Assembly (NCBI GenBank): GCA_028826165.1
Contig: JAPDFW010000132.1
Location: 1-64,000 of the forward strand
Length of the DNA stretch: 64,000 nt
Direction of reading: 5' to 3'
DNA from: Anaeramoeba ignava BMAN
Taxonomy: Eukaryota; Protista; Anaeramoebae
Made by a program: the position numbers and the translations under genes
Notes under the pieces: generated by a model
The model's database searches: none
Seen by the model: only the letters and a program-made list of their open reading frames with translations
What the model was told of the DNA's origin: nothing
In this document: positions 60,269 through 64,000 of the stretch, piece after piece
Position numbering within the stretch: position 1 is the stretch's first letter
Layout of the letters: the number at the start of each line of letters is the position of its first letter

Positions 60269-61641
60269 ATGAATGATTGTTTATTTTTTGGTGAGAACCA
60301 AGATCCAATTCTTATAAAAAATAAACCAGATAAAATAACAAAACCAATTCAATTTAAATTTGAAAATGAAAATGAAAATGAAAATGAAAATGAAAATGAA
60401 AATGAAAATGAAAATGAAAAACAAATTAAACAAATTGCATCAGGTTTGTTTGGAACAATTTTCCTTTTTAAAAATGGAAAAGCAATAGAATACCTAAGAG
60501 AAAATGATTCAAATCAAAATCCTCAAAAATCCAAATTGAAGAAAATATTCAAAAAGTAACTGTTGGTGTTGGAAATGAAGCTATTTTAACAATAGAAGAA
60601 AATGTATTTGCTAAAGGGAAAGATATTAATCCAGAAAATACAAAAGAATTTATCAATATTTCATCATTAATTGAAGATACAAATGATAGAATAATTCAAG
60701 ATGTTTTTTCTGGAGCTCATTCAATTTACTTATTAACTTCAAATCATAATGTTTATGGATTTGGTGATAATGAATATGGTCAACTTGGTTCTTATTTTGA
60801 AACACTTGAAAGAACAGAAAAACCAATTTTAATGATGAAAAATGTTTCTAAAATTTTTACAGGAAGTAATTCAAATCATGTTTTTCTTTTAAATTCAAAT
60901 CAAGAATTATTTGGATGCGGATTAAATAGGCATGGTCAATTTGGATTAGGAGAATCAATAAAAGAAAAAAAAATCGAAAAATTAACTCAAATCCAAAATA
61001 TTCCAAAAGGTAAAATAATTGATATTCAATGTGGACAATTTCATTCAATAATGTTGATTGAAAATCAAAATGAAAATCCAAAAAGAAAACTTTATTCATG
61101 TGGGAATTATGAATATAATGGACTTGGCAAAAATAAAAATATTTATGAATTTACTGAAATCAAATCATCTTTATTTGAAAATGATAATATTCTTGATTTT
61201 TCTGTTGGATTTGAACATTTTTTGATTTTAACTTCTAAAGCAAAAATGATTGGGTTTGGTATAAGTGATTATTGTGAATTAGGAAATGGAAATACAGAAT
61301 ATGCACCAATTCCAATTCAAATTGATCTTCCTAAATTGAAATATGATATTTCCAATTATCATATTCTTTGTGGAGTTTATAAATCATTTCTTTATTATTC
61401 TCCTTTTTTATTTAATAATCAAAACCAAATTGAAAATCAAAATCAAAACAATCAAAACAACCAAAATCAAAACAATCAAAACAACCAAAACAACCAAAAC
61501 AATCAAAACCAAAACCAAAACCAAAACCAAAACCAAAACCAAAACCAAAACAATCAAAACAATCAAAACAATCAAAACAACCAAAACAACCAAAACAATC
61601 AAAACCCGAAAAAAGGAAAAAAAAAGTGTTCAATTTTTTAA
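60269..61641 (+). CDS. RCC1-repeat protein, copy 4: no BTB domains, N/Q linker, polybasic CaaX (KKGKKKCSIF); apparent frameshift in an A-run near 60526-60530
   Basis: 'cctcaaaaatcc' versus 'cctcaaaaaatcc' in copy 2. The sequence downstream stays collinear with the paralogs. Confidence 0.78.
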
Positions 61642-61664
61642 AAAGAGGAATTGATTATTTTCAA

Positions 61665-62250
61665 TCAAAATCAAAATCAAAATTAATATTAAATTAAAAT
61701 TAAAATCAAAATTAAAATTAAAATTAAAATTAAAATCAAAATCAAAATCAAAATCAAAATTAAAATCAAAATTAAAATTAAAATTAAAATTAAAATCAAA
61801 ATCAAAATTAAAATTAAAATTAAAATTCAAAATTAAAACAAAATCCAAATCCAAATTAAAATTAAAATCAAAATCAAAATCAAATTCTAAATCAAAATTA
61901 AAATCAAAATCAAAATCAAAATTAAAATTCAAAATTAAAACAAAATCCAAATCCAAATTAAAATTAAAATTAAAATCAAAATCAAAATCAAAATCAAAAT
62001 CAAAATCAAATTCAAAATCAAATTCAAAATTAAAATCAAAATCAAAATTAAAATAAAAATCAAAATCAAAATCAAAATCAAAATCAAAATCAAAATCAAA
62101 ATCAAAATCAAAATTAAAATTAAAATCAAAATTAAAATCAAAATCAAAATTAAAATTAAAATTAAAATCAAAATCAAAAATTAAAATTAAAATTAAAATC
62201 AAAATCAAAATTAAAATTAAAATTAAAATTCAAAATTAAAATTAAAATCC
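61665..62250. repeat. (aaaatc/aaaatt)n hexamer array
   Basis: Direct inspection. Confidence 0.88.
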
Positions 62251-62418
62251 AAAAAGTGGAATAAACAATTTATCATCAAAATGATTCATTTTTTAAATTT
62301 TTTGAATAATTTTATAACTTGATTACGTCATTTAAATTTTTTTTTTTAATTTTTTTTAATTTTTTTTTTTTTCATTTTTTCCTTCAATTTAAATCTAAAT
62401 AAAATTTCTTAAAAAAAA

Positions 62419-63662
62419 ATGTCAAATAATCAAGAAGAAATAAAAAAACAAGAAGAAATAAAAAAGCAAGAAGAAACAAATAAACAAGAAGAAATAAAAA
62501 AACAAGAAGAAATAAAAAAACAAGAAGAAATAAAAAAACAAGAAGAAACAACAGAACCAAAATTAACAAAAGGGTTTCTCATTCAAAAAAAATCTCAATC
62601 CAAATTAAAATTTTAAATAATTTTTTTCCTTTTTAAATTTCAATTCAATTTTCCATTAAAATTAGTCAATTAAAAAAACTTAAAAGAGAAGAATTTCGAA
62701 GACAAAAAAAACTTCAACAACAACAAGCAAAACAACAACAGCAACAACAACAAAACAAAAATCAAAATCAAAATCAAAACAAACAACAACAAAAACCATT
62801 AAATCCAAATCGAGTAAAAATTCATTTCAGAATTAATATTAATTTTAATTTTTAATTTTAATTTTATAAATGAATTTTAATTTGAATTTTAATTTTAATT
62901 TGATTTTAATTTTAATTTTAATTTTGATTTTAATTTTAATTTTAATTTTATTTTTAATATTAATTTTAATTTTAATTTTAATTTAAATTTTAATTTATAA
63001 ATGAATTTTAATTTTAATTTTAATATTAATTTTAATTTTAATTTAAATTTTAATTTATAAATGAATTTTAATTTTAATTTTATAAATGAATTTTAATTTT
63101 AATTTGAATATTAATTTTAATTTGAATATTAATTTTAATTTTAATTTTAATTTTATAAATGAATTTTAATTTTAATTTGAATATTAATTTTAATTTTAAT
63201 TTTAATTTTAATATTAATTTTAATTTCAAAATGAATTTTAATTTTAATTTTTGATTTTAATTTTTATTTTAAAAATTTAATTGGAAAAAAAGGGATATCA
63301 AGAAATTGGGATGATTGAACCTTTTGGAGATTTGCCAATGATTCAATCTAAATATCAAACAAAAAGAAATTGGACAAAACTTATTGAAATTGATGAATCA
63401 AAAGCAGGACAAGAAGTTTGGATTCGAGCCCAAGTTCATAATTCACGCCCAAAAGGTTTATTTTAATTTTTAATTTTAATTTTAATTTTTAATTTTTAAT
63501 TTTTAATTTTAATTTTTATTTTAATTTTAATTTTTAATTTTTAATTTTTATTTTTTAAGGTCGACTTTGCTTTTTAGTTTTAAGAGATCAAACAATTCTT
63601 CTTCAAGCAGTTTTATTTCCAGGTGGAGATGTTACAAATCCAATGATTAAATATGCTGCCAA
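62419..63662 (+). CDS. DARS1: Cytosolic aspartyl-tRNA synthetase, first four exons (62419-62573, 62666-62814, 63293-63454, 63560-63662); continues beyond the window
   Basis: FGDLPMIQS...GQEVWIRAQVHNSRPKGRLCFLVLRDQ...MIKYAAK matches the eukaryotic AspRS anticodon-binding OB fold. N-terminal (EEIKKQ)n extension. Confidence 0.85.
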
Positions 63663-64000
63663 GTAAACGGATTTAGAATGAAATTCTTAATATTAAAATT
63701 CATTTATAAAATTAAAATCAAAATTAAAATTAATATTAAAATTCATTTATAAAATTAAAATTTAAATTGAAATTCATTTATAAAATTAAAATTAAAATTA
63801 AAATTAAAATTAAAATTAAAATTAAAATTCATTTATAAAATTAAAATTAAAATTAAAATTAATATTAATTTATAAAATTAAAATTAAAATTAAAATTCAT
63901 TTATAAAATTAAAATTAAAATTAATATTAAAATTAAAATTCATTTATAAAATTAAAATTAAAATTAAAATTAAAATTAAAATTAAAATTAAAATTAAAAA

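Noticed and set aside
55810-60530. Three single-base frameshifts as programmed frameshifting or phase variation
   Set aside because: All lie in or next to homopolymer runs in multicopy genes, and homopolymer noise is visible elsewhere. Sequencing or polishing error is the simplest explanation; accurate reads are needed.

Overview
Extremely AT-rich eukaryotic (protist) nuclear DNA using the standard genetic code, with GT-AG spliceosomal introns, many of them inflated by AT micro/minisatellites. The style (N/Q/E hexamer tracts, BTB/TLDc/RCC1 expansions, TCAT initiator-like motifs) resembles anaerobic metamonads such as Anaeramoeba; this is an inference and was not verified. Positions 1-43.6 kb and 62.4-64 kb hold mostly single-copy genes: BABAM1/MERIT40, a 39-aa PVKK micro-ORF, a secreted metallophosphoesterase, an SLC35A nucleotide-sugar transporter, an antenna-type glutamate dehydrogenase, a tandem PH-like-domain protein, Furry/Tao3, a copine, TMEM104, a calmodulin-like gene, V-ATPase subunit B and cytosolic AspRS. 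Positions 43.7-61.7 kb form an intronless, tandemly amplified island built from a three-gene cassette: a surface FG-GAP-propeller/FN3/TM protein, a BTB-BACK-TLDc protein and an RCC1-BTB(-CaaX) protein. The last two lie head-to-head with about 52 bp between start codons. Paralogs keep their scaffolds near-identical while predicted binding surfaces are hypervariable, and spare CaaX-tail copies lie downstream of one gene. This island is the best candidate for an undescribed recognition/ubiquitination system. Exon structures were read by hand and family calls come from recognised motifs, not database searches.
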